In this document: positions 24,941-37,642 of the stretch, piece by piece
Numbering within the stretch: the stretch's first letter is position 1
Layout: each line of letters opens with the position of its first letter
NCBI GenBank assembly: GCA_964036045.1
Contig: OZ038378.1
Coordinates: 105,648,001-105,712,000, forward strand
DNA from: Eutreptiella sp. 'Long Island Sound 2002'
Taxonomy: Eukaryota; Protista; Euglenida
Direction: 5' to 3'
Length of the DNA: 64,000 bases
Position numbers and translations under genes: made by a program
The notes under the pieces: model-generated
Seen by the model: only the letters and a program-made list of their open reading frames with translations
Database searches by the model: none
What the model was told of the DNA's origin: nothing

Positions 24941-26620
24941 TTACCCCATTATCGGGGCACATGCTTCCTCCTCAATGCAGTACTGGAGGAAGACGTCGTG
25001 GAATGCACCCTCTTGGTTCCACACGGAACAAAGGCGAGACTGCCACGACTGTGGCAGCAAGAAGGGCCCCATGGGGACTCCCGGAGTCCAAAAAAAACAA
25101 AAAACAGTACACCGTTGGGGGAAGGCCCACAAATCTCCCAGCCGTCGGGACGCAACCTCATAAGCTAGGTCTCGGTTGCCATCAAAATTACCACACAAAT
25201 GACTCAGAGGGTCAGCTGGATTGGATTCCCCCAGCACCTCATGCATGTAGACGGTCACCGGCCGTGCCCATTTCCTGCAGCAATGCACACAGGGCTGGCA
25301 CCATTATTGTTACATGCATTGATATCAGCGCCCAATTCTGCCAATAATTCAATGCATGCAATGTGCCCATTATATGCAGCAATGTACACAGGGTTGGCAC
25401 CATCATTCGCACATGCATTGATATCAGGCCAATTGGGCCAATAATTCAATGCATGCAGGCAACCAGGTACAACAACGCCCTAAGCAGCCGCTGCTGAAAA
25501 ACTTTACATGTAGAGGCCCTACAACGCAAAAACTGCATTAACGCAGCAGCGTTGTCCCCAAAAAGGTGCACCTCCCAACCTACGTTGTACACCAACTTCA
25601 GTCCCAACAACAAGGGAAGCGCCTCCACGCACTGCTGGCTCGGCGGCCGCTGGGCAGGGACCACCGACCATGACCCCAAGACAGTAGAAAACAACCCCAA
25701 TCGGCACCGCCCCCCATCTCTCACGGCATCTACATAAATAAACAAAGGCGGCCTACAACTGAGACAAGGTAGCGCAACCACTCCCCACCCACGCAAAGAA
25801 AGCACACGCACACGATTGTCATGGAGCAAGCAGTAACGCCACGGGGATAAACTGGAGGCGGGGCGGAGCCTAGAGGACATGCACCCAGACCCCCGCCAAA
25901 TGGGGGGAGTGACCCGGAGACGGTCTGCAAAGCCATTGCGCCCTCCCCAAAAACTGCTGCAGGCGGCACCAGCCACAAGACCCCACAGACAGGTGCAACC
26001 AGTGCGCCAAGAGAGCTTCCCATGCTTGGCCTGCTGTCCGCAGAGAACCGCCGCCCAGATCAATCTCTTTCCCCAACCAGATGAGTTTCTGCACCGGCTC
26101 TAGCTAGGACTTGGGATTGATCACTGCCCCAACCTGACGCAGCATGGACACCACCACATTCGCTTGCGCATGCACACGATCCTGGCCCCTAGCAAAAATT
26201 AACACGTCATCCAGGTAAATCAGCACCAAGAACCCCACTACCCCTGCAGAAGCCACCAACCCTTCCAAGACATGCTGGCATAGCGATGGGCTGTGTTTCC
26301 ACCCAAAGGGCAGGCACCTGAAAGCCAATAATCCCCCCTCCCCATCCGAAATTCAAAATGCCCCCCCCCCCCAAAATCCTCCGGGAGCTTTAAGGACCAA
26401 AAGCAGTTGCTGAGGTCCACATGGCACATGAACAGGTCCTCAGCCAGCCCCCCCCGGGCAACTGGAGGACCTCCTCCAAACTACGGTAAGCAGGGAGGCG
26501 AGAGTAACAAGGGGGGATAAAAATGGACGAACCCATGGCCGCCATCTAGCCAGCAGGGCCAAAACCTCCACCGTTGGGAGAGAAAAACGGTCTGGCCATG
26601 AAGACACTTTAGCCACGCCT
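24941..26620 (-). mobile_element. Degenerate DIRS-type RT and RNase H within intron 2 of the DUF1624 gene
   Basis: HVDLSNCFWSL, CLPFGWKHSP and IYLDDVL (RT); LFGDNAAAL and HEVLGESNPADPLS (DIRS-type RNase H); spread over several frames. Confidence 0.85.
25264..25456 (-). pseudogene. Ankyrin-repeat fragment, two 99-bp units
   Basis: DINACANDGANPVYIAAYNGHIACIELLAELGADINACNNNGASPVCIAAGNGH. Confidence 0.9.
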
Positions 26621-27758
26621 GGTTTTTTTGGCGTTGGCCGAAAGAGCGTCTATGTGCTTTGTCTGAGCCACACTGGCCATCCAATGTGTGAACCCGCTTT
26701 GATGTCGATTGTGTGAACCAGCTTGGATCTCCCTTGTATGAGCTTCCTACCCTCCACAGCGGACCGTTTCAGCAGCCTTCTATATTGCATCACAAGTGAC
26801 ATGGTTGGTGCCAGCGGTGTCCCGTATCAGACTCAGTAGGAACCAGCTGTGTCCTGTTCCAGAACTAGCATGTATCAGACTTAATAACAATTGTGTCCTG
26901 TATCAGACTCAGTATCCCCCACCTCCTGATGCGGGAAGCCGTGATCCAGACCAACAAACATGTAACAGTGCAAGCCACAAACTCTCGGCACTGGAGCGGC
27001 ATTGCTTGTCATCCAATGCAACATTCTTGGTTGAACTTGAGTGATTCCGAAAATTATTTATGGGTTTATTTGTGAGAACAGCACCCTTGTCAGAACAGCA
27101 CGAGGTGCTGTTTCTGCAACTGTCAGAACCGTGGAACTGACGGCCTCATTTGCTGGTTGTCCCCAAGGATCAAGCTTTTTCTGTGATTTGGGGGTGGGGA
27201 TGGTATCTTGGGTGTCCTGCCACTATCTTGTCACATTCTGCTCCTTGCTTCAGCTTCAGAGAATGTATCAACCGTGGTTGTGGCGGTGCACAGGGGTGAC
27301 AGTCACACAATTAGCCAAAGCCTTGATGATTCGATCGGCTAGCTGAAGCCCTACGGGGTCCACTAATGGCAAAGGGTTCACGCGTGAGTATTTCTGGCGT
27401 TTGAAAAACAGATCTCCAGCGCTATAGTGCCCCACCTTGCGCCTCGTCACCAGAATTTGGACCTTGCAGGCCTGCTTCAGTAAGCGAATTGAATGTCTGG
27501 ATCTCAATGATGCTTTGATTTGCAATCACTGCCTGTGGCTTCTCACGGTGAGCACAAAATGCCCTTGCGTACACAGCAGGAGGTGCTGCTCCCGTCATTT
27601 TCAGTGCTTTACTGCTGTTTGCACAAGAGGCAGCTGTAGCCTGTCCTTTCATACCACATATAAGCAGATTGCAAAGAGACAGGGCCTGATCGCTCAGTAT
27701 TTGGCATTCCCCCCGCCACGACACCCCCCCACACACATCTGACGCCTGTAGGCACATA

Positions 27759-28113
27759 CCCCCCCCCCCTTGTATAAGCTACGCCAATGTACACTTTTAT
27801 TACGGTCCCTACGCCTACTGTAGCTTGGACAAGGGCGTGGCTTGCGCGCAACACATACACACACGAGTGACAAGAAAGGGGAATATAAAGCACAATAATC
27901 CCCAAAATCAGAGCCATGTGGGTTCAAGTGGGCAAATACTCACAACAAATGTGTCCATGACTCTATGGAATTGGCAAATGTGACGACAAACCCATGTCTT
28001 ATGTGGCCGCACTACATTGCGTACCTAATTAAATTAGGTACACAATTAATACGGTCCCTACGCCTACTGTGGCTTGGACAAGGGCGTGGCTTATACAAGG
28101 GGGGGGGGGAGGG
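27759..28113. mobile_element. Pogo-type MITE family A inserted in the exon 2 splice donor
   Basis: TA TSD at 27757-27758 and 28114-28115; TIR (C)nTTGTATAAGC / GCTTATACAA(G)n. Confidence 0.88.
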
Positions 28114-28116
28114 TAC

Positions 28117-28383
28117 CTTGGATGGATGCCTCAGCAGCTCTCGCAGCAACTCGATCCCGCACAGCAGTACCCCTCGCTGCACCAGAAACATGGTCGTCTT
28201 CTCCGACGTCCAGTCCGCCTGCCGCTCCGAGCACACCATCAGCACGACGCCCATTCCCATGCACAGGGCAAACGTTGGGATGGGGAGTAGACTGGCCGGG
28301 GTGAAGATGATGGAGATCCACAGATTGACGCGCCCATGCGCGCCGGTGTAGGGCAGAGCGTCAATGGCGTGAGGAGTTGCGGC
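28117..28383 (-). CDS. DUF1624/HGSNAT-like protein, exon 2
   Basis: Acceptor TCTCAG|GCC at 28384/28383; donor AAG|GTACCC at 28117/28116; 267 nt, phase 0-0. Encodes IPTFALCMGMG...FLVQRGVLLCGIELL. Confidence 0.8.
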
Positions 28384-28441
28384 CTGAGATGTGACGCAGC
28401 GCGGACAAATGGGGCACGGCACGCTACAAGAGGCTGGATTG

Positions 28442-28709
28442 CAGGGCTCCTTTTAAAGGGGGGGGGTCCAGCCCCCCCCCCCCCCGGTGGTGCTGAGTTT
28501 TTAGAGGCGCCAAAGGCGCTGAGTAAATTTTTTGGTCTAAACTAACTGGCGCCAAAGGCGCCAGAGAAAATTTTTTAATGGCCGAAGGCCCGGAAGAAAA
28601 TTTGGGCCAATATTTTAAAGGGGGGGGGGGGGGGCTCCAGGGGGGTGGGTGGGTGGTGTGGGAACCCCCCACCCCCCCCCCCAGTGGTGCCGAGTTAAAA
28701 GGAGCCCTG
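28442..28709. mobile_element. hAT-type MITE
   Basis: 15-bp TIR CAGGGCTCCTTTTAA / TTAAAAGGAGCCCTG; homologous to 19947-20752. Confidence 0.8.
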
Positions 28710-30101
28710 GCCACGGCACGCTGCAAGAGACTGGATTGAAACATATGTGGGCGGACTGTTAGTCGTGCACCATCTTTATGCCGGGGATAGATACAAAGGG
28801 GTTTGCCTGGGGGTTGCCAGGGGGTTGCTTGGGATTCCCTTGATGACGAATTGCGGAATACAAATTTCGCTGAACCAACAGCGGGCCCCCCAGGGGGGTG
28901 GGCTGGCGAGGGACGGGGTACCTAGAACCCCGACATCGACCGCTCAAAATGATGCCCACAACGCGCTGACCATTCTGATGTATGTGGCACGGGGGAGACT
29001 TCTTTTTTATAAAACAATTTCCTGCCAAGTCACGAGCCAGCATTAATCCCCAGACTGCCCTTTTCGAATGACACGTCAGTGTGCTCCATTCTGAAGAAGC
29101 ACCAGCGTTTATGGAGCACCCCCCTTTCCACACAGCACTGGACACCAGTACGCCGCTTGGCCTTATGTAGCACCCCCCAAAACACGCAGCACTAGACACT
29201 CCTGATTTCTGTGGCACAAAGCAGAGCAATGGCTAGAATATTGACGGGTGGGCACGGGGTGTTTGGCTACTGGGGGATGACATATCACAAATCATGACAG
29301 CATGCACCGCACACCAGTGAGACAAATATCACCACCGGTGTACTGCAACCAGAAGGTACAAGGAAATTTGCAAAAAGCCTTTATGAAACCACCCCTCCCT
29401 TCCCGACAGCAATGGACACCTGGCGTACTACACGGCACCCCAGCAGCCTTTACAGAAAAACGCTCTGCTACCACCCACGGCATTGGACACCGGCTGCACA
29501 AACACGGTACCCCGGTTTTCAGTCAACGCCTATGTCTACGCAACACGGGGTGTTGGTTCCGTCAATGTTTGCGCCATTTGGCGTTGTGCTTTCCAATTGG
29601 TGCAAGTGTGTACTGTGTGGTACCTCAGTACTGAGATGCATGATGTCCACACTTTGTGTCAAGGAAGCATATTTTGCCATGTTGGCATTTGTAGTTAGAA
29701 ACTAGAGAAGATGTTTTGATTAGAGTTAGGCTGATTTGGTGCACAAACCCTTGGATCTGAGATCCCCGACCCTTGCCCGCTCCAATGCATCCCCAAAGGA
29801 GCAGCTCTAGCTCTGTCCTGCCTCAAGGATGTGCTTGAAAGGTGGAAAGGAGGTTTTGTAAAGTGGCAACCGTAGCCCCCCTCCCCCCCCCCCGGCATTC
29901 GGGGTTTGCGCTTTGCATGAACTGCTGAAAGCAGGCCCAGCGTATTTGACAAACGTTGCTGTGCACGTTGTTTGGGTACTTCAACTCATGATGAATGCCC
30001 CCCCCAGGAGGACCCTTTGGGCCCAGTATAGTGCGGACCAGCCGGGTCTAGACCTGCTGAACCCTGGATTCCCGTCGCCCTCCCACACCCCTCACACTGT
30101 A

Positions 30102-30454
30102 CCCCTCCCCTGTGTCCAGCGAACAATAAAGTCCCCAAATAATACGGTCCGAACACCAAGTGTTCGTTGGACAAGCCGTTCAGTGCGCACGGCGAGGTGC
30201 AAGTAGAGAATCAGTCATGGTGGGCAATAGAGGTCCTACAGTTGAGGGTTACCGTACCTTGCATCCTGTTGTACAATTTTTGCAAGCATCATTGCAAGAC
30301 ACATCACAACAGCGCCTCATTTCCCCAATCGTCTAGCCTAAATCATGTACTCTGAAACTCGGTACCTAATCAATTTGGATACCAAATGAGTAGGGTCCGA
30401 ACACCAAGTGTTCGTTGGACAAGCCGTTCGCTGGACACAGGGGGGGGGGGGGGG
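30102..30454. mobile_element. Pogo-type MITE family B
   Basis: TA TSD at 30100-30101 and 30455-30456; TIR CCCCTGTGTCCAGCGAAC / GTTCGCTGGACACAGGGG; subterminal motifs shared with 41629-42355. Confidence 0.85.
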
Positions 30455-30696
30455 TACTGTGCGAGCAGCGTAGTCCCCGGTGTTCACCTGCACCTGCATC
30501 TCTTTGGTGTGGTGGATGGTCAGGCCTGCACTTGAACCCCCCAACAGTAGCTGTCATTTACGCTACAAGTGGCAGTTGAAGCAGAGGTTAATAGGCAGTT
30601 TCGGGAGGGTGAAAACCTGTCGAAGGGCCGTTCAGGGCAACGAGAAGCGGACAGGGCTGACCGCTTCATAGGAGGGCCCTTCCGTTGCAACGCAGG

Positions 30697-30996
30697 CAGG
30701 GCTGTCCTTACGAGGGGGGGGAAGCCTTCGTAACGCCAACATAAACGAATGTTCACAGGGACGCCATCTGCTTCACGGTCATGGGACCTTCTCTACTTCA
30801 AAGGTTGGCGGTTGGCGGTTGGTGGTTGGTGACGGTTGGCGGTTGGCGGTTGGTGGCGGTTGGCGGTTGGCAGTCGGTAGTTGGTGTCGGTTGGCGGTGA
30901 GCAGTTGACGGTTGGTGGCGGTTGGCGGTTGGCGGTTGGCGGTTGGTGGTCTCCGGGGGCTATCCTTAAGGGCTGTCCTTAACAAAAACAGCCCTG
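30697..30996. mobile_element. Probable hAT-like MITE with a (GGCGGTT)n core
   Basis: CAGGGCTGT / ACAGCCCTG ends and an internal GGCGGTT/GGTGGTT array; no clean TSD found. Confidence 0.5.
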
Positions 30997-31198
30997 GGGA
31001 GGGCCGTGTGCAATGTGAGGGCCTGTGCAGTGGGAGAGCTTGTGAAGTGGGAGGTCTAAGAAGGCCGGCCTAAGGGCCATTCACACACTGAAGAGGAGAC
31101 AATGTGGTGCCAGTGTCGTTGTGTTGTTGACGGTTGGGGGGCGCTATGGTGGTGTGGGTGGTGTGGCGCCCTGTCATGCACACGGTGGTGGAGCATAC

Positions 31199-31435
31199 CA
31201 GGACGCCATGCAAATGGCTCACAACCATGCACACACATGCCACCCCTCGCAACATGTCGATGGGCTCCAAGCGACATCTTTGCGGGAGCGGCTTGGCGTC
31301 GCAGGTGGCGCTGGCGGATGCACAGCCGGCTTCCGTTCTCATGACATCGGGTTGAGCAAGGGGGCATCCAGCAATGGGAGGCGCGTTTGCCACCACTCCT
31401 TGCCTGTCCGCCGCAGTCTCCTGATCCTTGTCCAT
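31199..31435 (-). CDS. DUF1624/HGSNAT-like protein, exon 1
   Basis: ATG at 31435; RLEPIDMLRGVACVCMVVSH matches the family N-terminal motif RxxxIDxxRGxxxxxMxxxH; donor CTG|GTATGC at 31199/31198, phase 0. The joined CDS is 237+267+927 nt = 476 aa. Confidence 0.8.
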
Positions 31436-32990
31436 GTCGTCCAGCTTCAGGGTTCATCGTCAAGGATCATCCTCACAACAATAAAATAGCTACAAATCAG
31501 GCATTTGGGGGGTACATGGCAGCCCAACTACCCTAGCAAGAGTCCAATGAAGGTGGTGACTAGAGCGGGCCCTGGGCAGCTGTGTGTGTTGTTTAGTTTG
31601 CTTTTCTTTGCTTGGGCCATGGGTAGGGAGAAGGGGGGGGGGGGGGTGGCTATTTCGGATCCGGAGCACTCAAAAATCAAGGTTTTAGCCCTGTGTGAAG
31701 AGTCAGAGTTGGGCTGTTTACTGGAAAATCTGGTGCACAACCATTTCAGGGCCATATCCCAAACATATTGACACATCACCCCAAGGTTAATTGGGTGGAT
31801 TCTTGCGTTTTGATGTGCAGAATTCAAATGTGCAGCACATAGGGCTCTAACAGCCGACCTTGGGTCAGCAAAGGGGTAATTGCGCTGAATTATGGTCTCG
31901 TTGACCGCAATCTCTTACATATTTGAATTATGCACATCTTAAAGGATACATCCACTCTGAATGACTTCGGGGTGATCTGATGAATGTTGGAGCAATGATC
32001 CTAGCAAGATGGACGTCACAGCAAAAGGTCAAATCAGCCAAAACAGCCATTTTCGGGGACTGGAACGGTGTGATATTGTCACCTTAACCCCCTGACCCAT
32101 ACCTTCTCGACACGGCCAGTTCTAGCAGATTTGAAACAAGAAGAGCCTACCCACCCTTATAGCACGGCATTTTCGGGAAAACGGGCGAAAACTGAACAAA
32201 GCTCCGGCTTTGTGCCAAAATCACCCCCCCCCTCCACAGCATGTCATGTGAGTGTCCTCATTGGTAACATATCGCTTTCACAAGCATTTTCCAAAGTCAT
32301 GGGGGAGTCCTAGGGGAGGCACCTATGACCTATGATCTATAACACCAAGCACCTTTTTTGGCCTGTGCTTGACTGAATGGATACGGCTCTGAAAAACGTG
32401 GGTACTCATGTAACCACTGCTTACTGCAAGAGCATATAGGGCTACAGAATAGGAAGATCGGTCTCTTAAGGTAAAACAAATAAAATACCCCCCCCTCCCC
32501 CTGTTGTGTTGTGTTAACGTGGCCCTAGTACGGAGGCGAAAAATACCCCCCCCCGCGCCTGCCAGTTCTCCTGAAGCCCATAGTTGCTTAACAAAGCACA
32601 AAATAATTCCAATATGCAACAACTTCTTCACCAAATTCACATGATGGAATGTTCATATTGGGGGCTGACATGAGACTAACTCTAACAAGACACTCAAAAC
32701 AAAACACTCAAAGAATTCAATGACTTCACCTAGAATTTCTAGAATTGACTTATCCCTAGTAAAGGATGAAGGATAGTTCATCTCCAAAGGCACAATCAAT
32801 GCCTCAACCCATCCTTGTACTCAACTGCAATGTCAAACAAAATTGAAGTGCACATGTACAAAGGAAGAGTTGAATTCAAGATGAAACTCTAACTCATCTC
32901 TCATGAAACCTCAATGATAAATCAATCCATATGAGTGCATTGAACCCTTGATGGGACAAAACTTAAACAATTGGTCAATGCACATAATCC

Positions 32991-33078
32991 ATGATAAATA
33001 AATGCATAAATGCATAAATGCATGAACGAATTTCATGATAAATAAATGCATAAATGCATAAATGCATGAACGAATTTC
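32991..33078. repeat. Exact 44-bp tandem duplication in an AT-rich block
   Basis: ATGATAAATAAATGCATAAATGCATAAATGCATGAACGAATTTC twice. Confidence 0.9.
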
Positions 33079-33926
33079 ATTTAATGCTCACATAGCTTCA
33101 ACACATTCGAACTTCTCCCTGTCATAGCCATGGCACATGAATGAATTCCCTTAAGCCTCATGAAACAAGACATGGAGCATTAACATGGCGAATTTTCATA
33201 AATGGAGTGCGTGAGTCTTAAGCTTCTCAGAGAATCAAGAAAGTTCCCTTCGCCATTGAGGAACCACTCGAGTGGGCATTAAATACGATTCGAAAGGCCA
33301 ATACAAACCTTTATCCGACAATTGTGGGCACCTTTGACATGATTCGTAGCCCAAAAAGCACTCATTCGAAGCCCACCTTTGTCGATTCGGCCTATTTAAT
33401 CGAACCGCAACCATCGATTAAGCACTCGTGTTCTAATTGATGAAACCTACTTGAAAGGCATTGTCTCTAGTGTTTGCTCTCACTCGTGATGTGACTCTTC
33501 AGCAGGCAATTTAAGCAAGCAAGGAACAAGATCGGCTTGTGCCCATAACTGCAAGAGAGTGACATGGAACGCTGTTGCAAAGGCAAGTCCGCACGATATG
33601 TACACTCCCTGCAGCCCCCAGACCGAAGGCTGGGGGCTGGTGTATGCGCTTTCGTCACATCAGTCACCACAAGAGAAACAGTGCATTAAACGATGCACGC
33701 CATATGTGGGGTAGGCCGTAGTGCTACCAACTCCGAATAATGTCACTCAGAGTTCGACTCCATGATGAGCCCATGTGTTGCGCCCATTAAGGGAGGGATT
33801 GGACCTCCCATAGGTATTTAACACACGTAATGCATGCTTGCGCCACCATGCGGTAGGGTACCTTTTACGAAAAAAATCTGCAATCATGGCTTGGAGGTTC
33901 GGCCCTGCTTCTGACTGACATCGACC

Positions 33927-34910
33927 GGGAATAGTGGCGAGTGTATGGTCACTGGGCAAGTTCATAATTCTGTACTGCCTGGAACTGGTATCTATCTGCA
34001 CATGTACTTGTCCATCGTACTTGTGGATCAGGTCGTGCACAAGGGGCATGAATCTGCATTGTGTCCATGTATGTAAAATTGTTTCTTTGCAACCACACAA
34101 AGGGCAGGTGTGGAGTTTAATCCGTTCCTCCAGACGGGCATGCACCTTCAGTTTGCACCACAGTGCAGCGTACACAAACTCACAAATCTGTGGAGGCAGT
34201 TTCGCTCTCAAAAAAGCTGCCCAGGTCTCCCGGGACTCGCGTAGTGGGATGTGGGGTTCTGGTGCCACGGATTTCAACACGACTGACTTCCCCCACGACC
34301 CCACCCACACATCAGCTTGACCGGGATTACGAGCCCCGTGGCCACATATCGGAGGAACGAGGCGATACCCACAAGAACCGGTTTTGTACATCCTCGGGAA
34401 GCTTGTATGCGGGATCGGTAGGAGGGTTTTGTGGTTCACCTTCACTGCACGCATCGTCGGTCAAGTCAGTGGGCGGGTTCTGTGGTCCACCCTCAGTGCG
34501 CTCATTGGTTGTTGGCTGGGACCCTACATGAAGTGTCATTCTAAAGAAGGCCGAAGCGAGAAGGATGAGGTGAGGGGAGGGGAGGGGAGGGGAGAGGGGT
34601 TTGGTTTGGTTTCGGTATACGGGTCACGCCACGTGCACCCTCCGAGTCTCCCTCACTGCCTCACTGGAGGGGTTTTCACCATACTTGCAATACAATCTTT
34701 GTGGTGCTCACAATTAACGCGGAAAAAAAATTACACAACCTACAACATGCACCATTTGGACCAGCCACCCTAAAGATTTGCATGCTCCCACTCGAGTTCA
34801 TTTGCATCGTACGTACTTTTGCAATCTTCAAATTCCACATTAGACAAACAGGGTATGAACTGTATGGCCCATGGGTGCATGTCCTTTCTACTGTATGGCA
34901 GGAAACTACC
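33927..34910. repeat. About 985-bp segmental duplicate of 37259-38248, containing a LINE zf-RVT fragment
   Basis: Near-identical sequence from GGGAATAGTGGCGAG to GGAAACTACC; encodes KLPPQICEF...CPLCGCKETILHTWTQC on the minus strand. Confidence 0.9.
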
Positions 34911-35959
34911 CTCAAAGTAGGTCAGGCTATGTACAACTCAACCGGGTACATATCACACAGCCACAGTGGCCCTGGCACACGGCAAAGGGCCATACCTTTC
35001 CTATGTCCCCGCGTCCATCATCCAGTCTCCACTTGACATTCGTGCAGTACATCACCCATAGGGCGCAGCACCCACAGGCTGCGTTAAACCTGAAAACATG
35101 TCACCTGCACTTTAGCCCAAGCATGCCACCTCGGCAGGGCGGTATTCAAAGAAGCGAATAAAGAAAAGCTAGCTCAAGGCGACAGGACGCCGAGAGCAAA
35201 ACCCGTGACAGAACACGGGGAACACAGCTGTGCTCAGACAGTCATTCATACTGCCTGACACTTGGTGGTGTTAGCAAAAGTGTGTACATGAACTGTATTG
35301 CATTTGCCCTAAATTTGTAAATAGCATTGCATAGGGTCTCTCTGGTGAAAAAGGGTTTGTTGGAAGTGCCGGAGCACCTCCGGCGGCCCTGCAAACCAGA
35401 TATGGTAGTTTCTTGGGACTTGCCGGCTGAGGCGCGCACTCGCCGGCGTCCGCTCGCAGTGGGGACCATCAGGATGGCCTCCCAATTGAAAGTGTGCAAT
35501 TGATTGACGTTTTTGCGGCTCCATCAGATCTGCATTTTCTCAACAGCACTCTGCTTAAGCAGCCAACACATCGCAACCATCAGCGAATAAAGTTCTTGCT
35601 GTGCCATGGGTTCTGGTGTCCCGTACATCGTGACAACCTCACACAGCATACGGGCCGCCCCTTGAATCTGCAGTCTGATCCAGACTCGCTAATTTTGGCG
35701 CCACTGCATGGCGTCGAATGTGGTGTTGAGGAACCCAAGCGCTTCATCTTCTATCTCCTGCATCCCTGGAGTGCGTGCACTTTATAACGTTGACGTATTT
35801 GTTGTGGCGTGGGCGGCCTGGGCGCCCCCCCCCCCCCCGGGAGTGGGCGGCTGCCTGCGCGCGCGATTGCCCCGTCGTCCTCCCCGCGCCATGACGCCGG
35901 GAGCAGAACCCGTGTCAGAACACAGGCGTCAAACGCTGCAAAAGGAAGGCGTTCACTTT

Positions 35960-37642
35960 TCAACACTTGCCTCCGGGAGTTCTTAGAGCAGTGAGATGTC
36001 CATTGTCTCCCACCACGCCTCCTCCTGTGTGCCCTGCAGGGGGGGGGGGGGGGACTGACTGAGATGCACTGCTAGCATCTTCTGGGTCCTCTAATTCCGT
36101 AAAATCATACTTGGGTTTCTTCTTGAAAGGTGATTGCTCCTGTATGTAATGATCCAAAAACGCAAACGGATCATGCATACCCTCCAGTTCATGTGACGCT
36201 TCATATCTGTTGGACTCTGTGTCACTGGTCGACGAATGATCGTCACCTGACCCTGCTGCCGGATCCATTTCCTCGTATGAGAAAATTAACATCCTACAAG
36301 TGTCATCCACCTCACATAGTGCATGGCATGGCGAGGTAGCATGCAAATATGAAAGCGGTGTGGTAGTGTCGAGCACCATGGGTGGGAACGTGGCGCTCCC
36401 TCGAAGCCCTCCTCCCGACGGTCGTGGGGGGGTGGCCGTTGCACCAATCGGTGCTCGTGGTGTCGCCACTCGACTATTGTCGGTGATACGAAACAGGGGT
36501 GACAGCTCTATGCCAATATCGGCCAAAAAGTCTGCTCTCTCGTTACCTTCAATACCTGCGTGCGAAGGTACCCAGTGCCATTTAATGGTGGCTTGAGACT
36601 GTTGCAGTGCTTGCAAAATAGCCTGCCATAGGTCCACATGCGCCACTGCACCTGTGCGTAGCACCCAGTGTGCCTCGTGCCACTGGTGCATGCGGCCCGT
36701 AAGTCCCTTGTACACATACTGTGAGTCCATCACTATTACCACTCGGCCCTCGGCCAACAAAATGGCCCTCAAAACAGCATAAAGTTCTGCCCTGTTGTTT
36801 GTTTGTTGCTCAAAGATGGGAACAAAATCCCGAGCTTCCCACGCAAGGGCGTGGACTCCATAACCGGCGATCGGTCCCTGTTTGGAATTTTCGGCAGACC
36901 CATCCGTCCAGATGGGTGAAAATCCGGCGTCAATCAACACTTGCAGGTGTGCCAACTACTTAGCCGCCTGGCCCTGTTTTTTCTTGGAAATACAGGACAC
37001 TTTGGCCGGACGCGGCCTTACCACCTCAACGTGATGCGCTGGTCCTGGGCCAATGTGACCCGTGATGGTGTACTATAACAGTGCCCTATGAAAGGCCTTC
37101 AAGGCTTCGCCGTGTTTATGCCACGGTTCCCACGTCACTGCATTCCACACGGCAGAAGCCCAGGAGTGCGGGAACATTTCTTGCGTAATGGCTGCATTCT
37201 TTTTTCCGGCAAGCTGGACCGACCAATGACTGACTCGCGCCACCCACAAAATAAGCCAGGGAATAGTGGCGAGTGTATGGTCACTGGGCAAGTTCATAAT
37301 TCTGTACTGCCTGGAACTGGTATCTATCTGCACATGTACTTGTCCATTGTACTTGTGGATCAGGTCGTGCACAAGGGGCATGAATCTGCATTGTGTCCAT
37401 GTATGTAAAATTGTTTCTTTGCAACCGCACAAAGGGCAGGTGTGGAGTTTAATCCGTTCCTCCAGACGGGCATGCACCTTCAGTTTGCACCACAGTGCAA
37501 TGTACACAAACTCACAAATCTGTGGAGGCAGTTTCGCTCTCAAAAAAGCTGCCCAGGTCTCCCGGGACTCGCGTAGTGGGATGTGGGGTTCTGGTGCCAC
37601 GGATTTCAACACGACTGACTTCCCCCACGACCCCACCCGCAC
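35960..37642 (-). mobile_element. 3-prime part of an L1-like LINE ORF2: zf-RVT followed by RNase H
   Basis: zf-RVT (CPLCGCKETILH...C) in ORF 37073-37642 is in the same frame as the RNase H ORF 35960-36955, separated by two TAG stops. The RNase H is complete: IWTDGS, TNNRAEL, VMDSQY, WVPSHAGIEGNERAD. Confidence 0.85.

Noticed and set aside
23669-31198. Euglenid-type non-conventional introns or introner elements
   Set aside because: All reconstructed junctions are in-phase canonical GT-AG, and the MITEs lie within introns rather than forming them.
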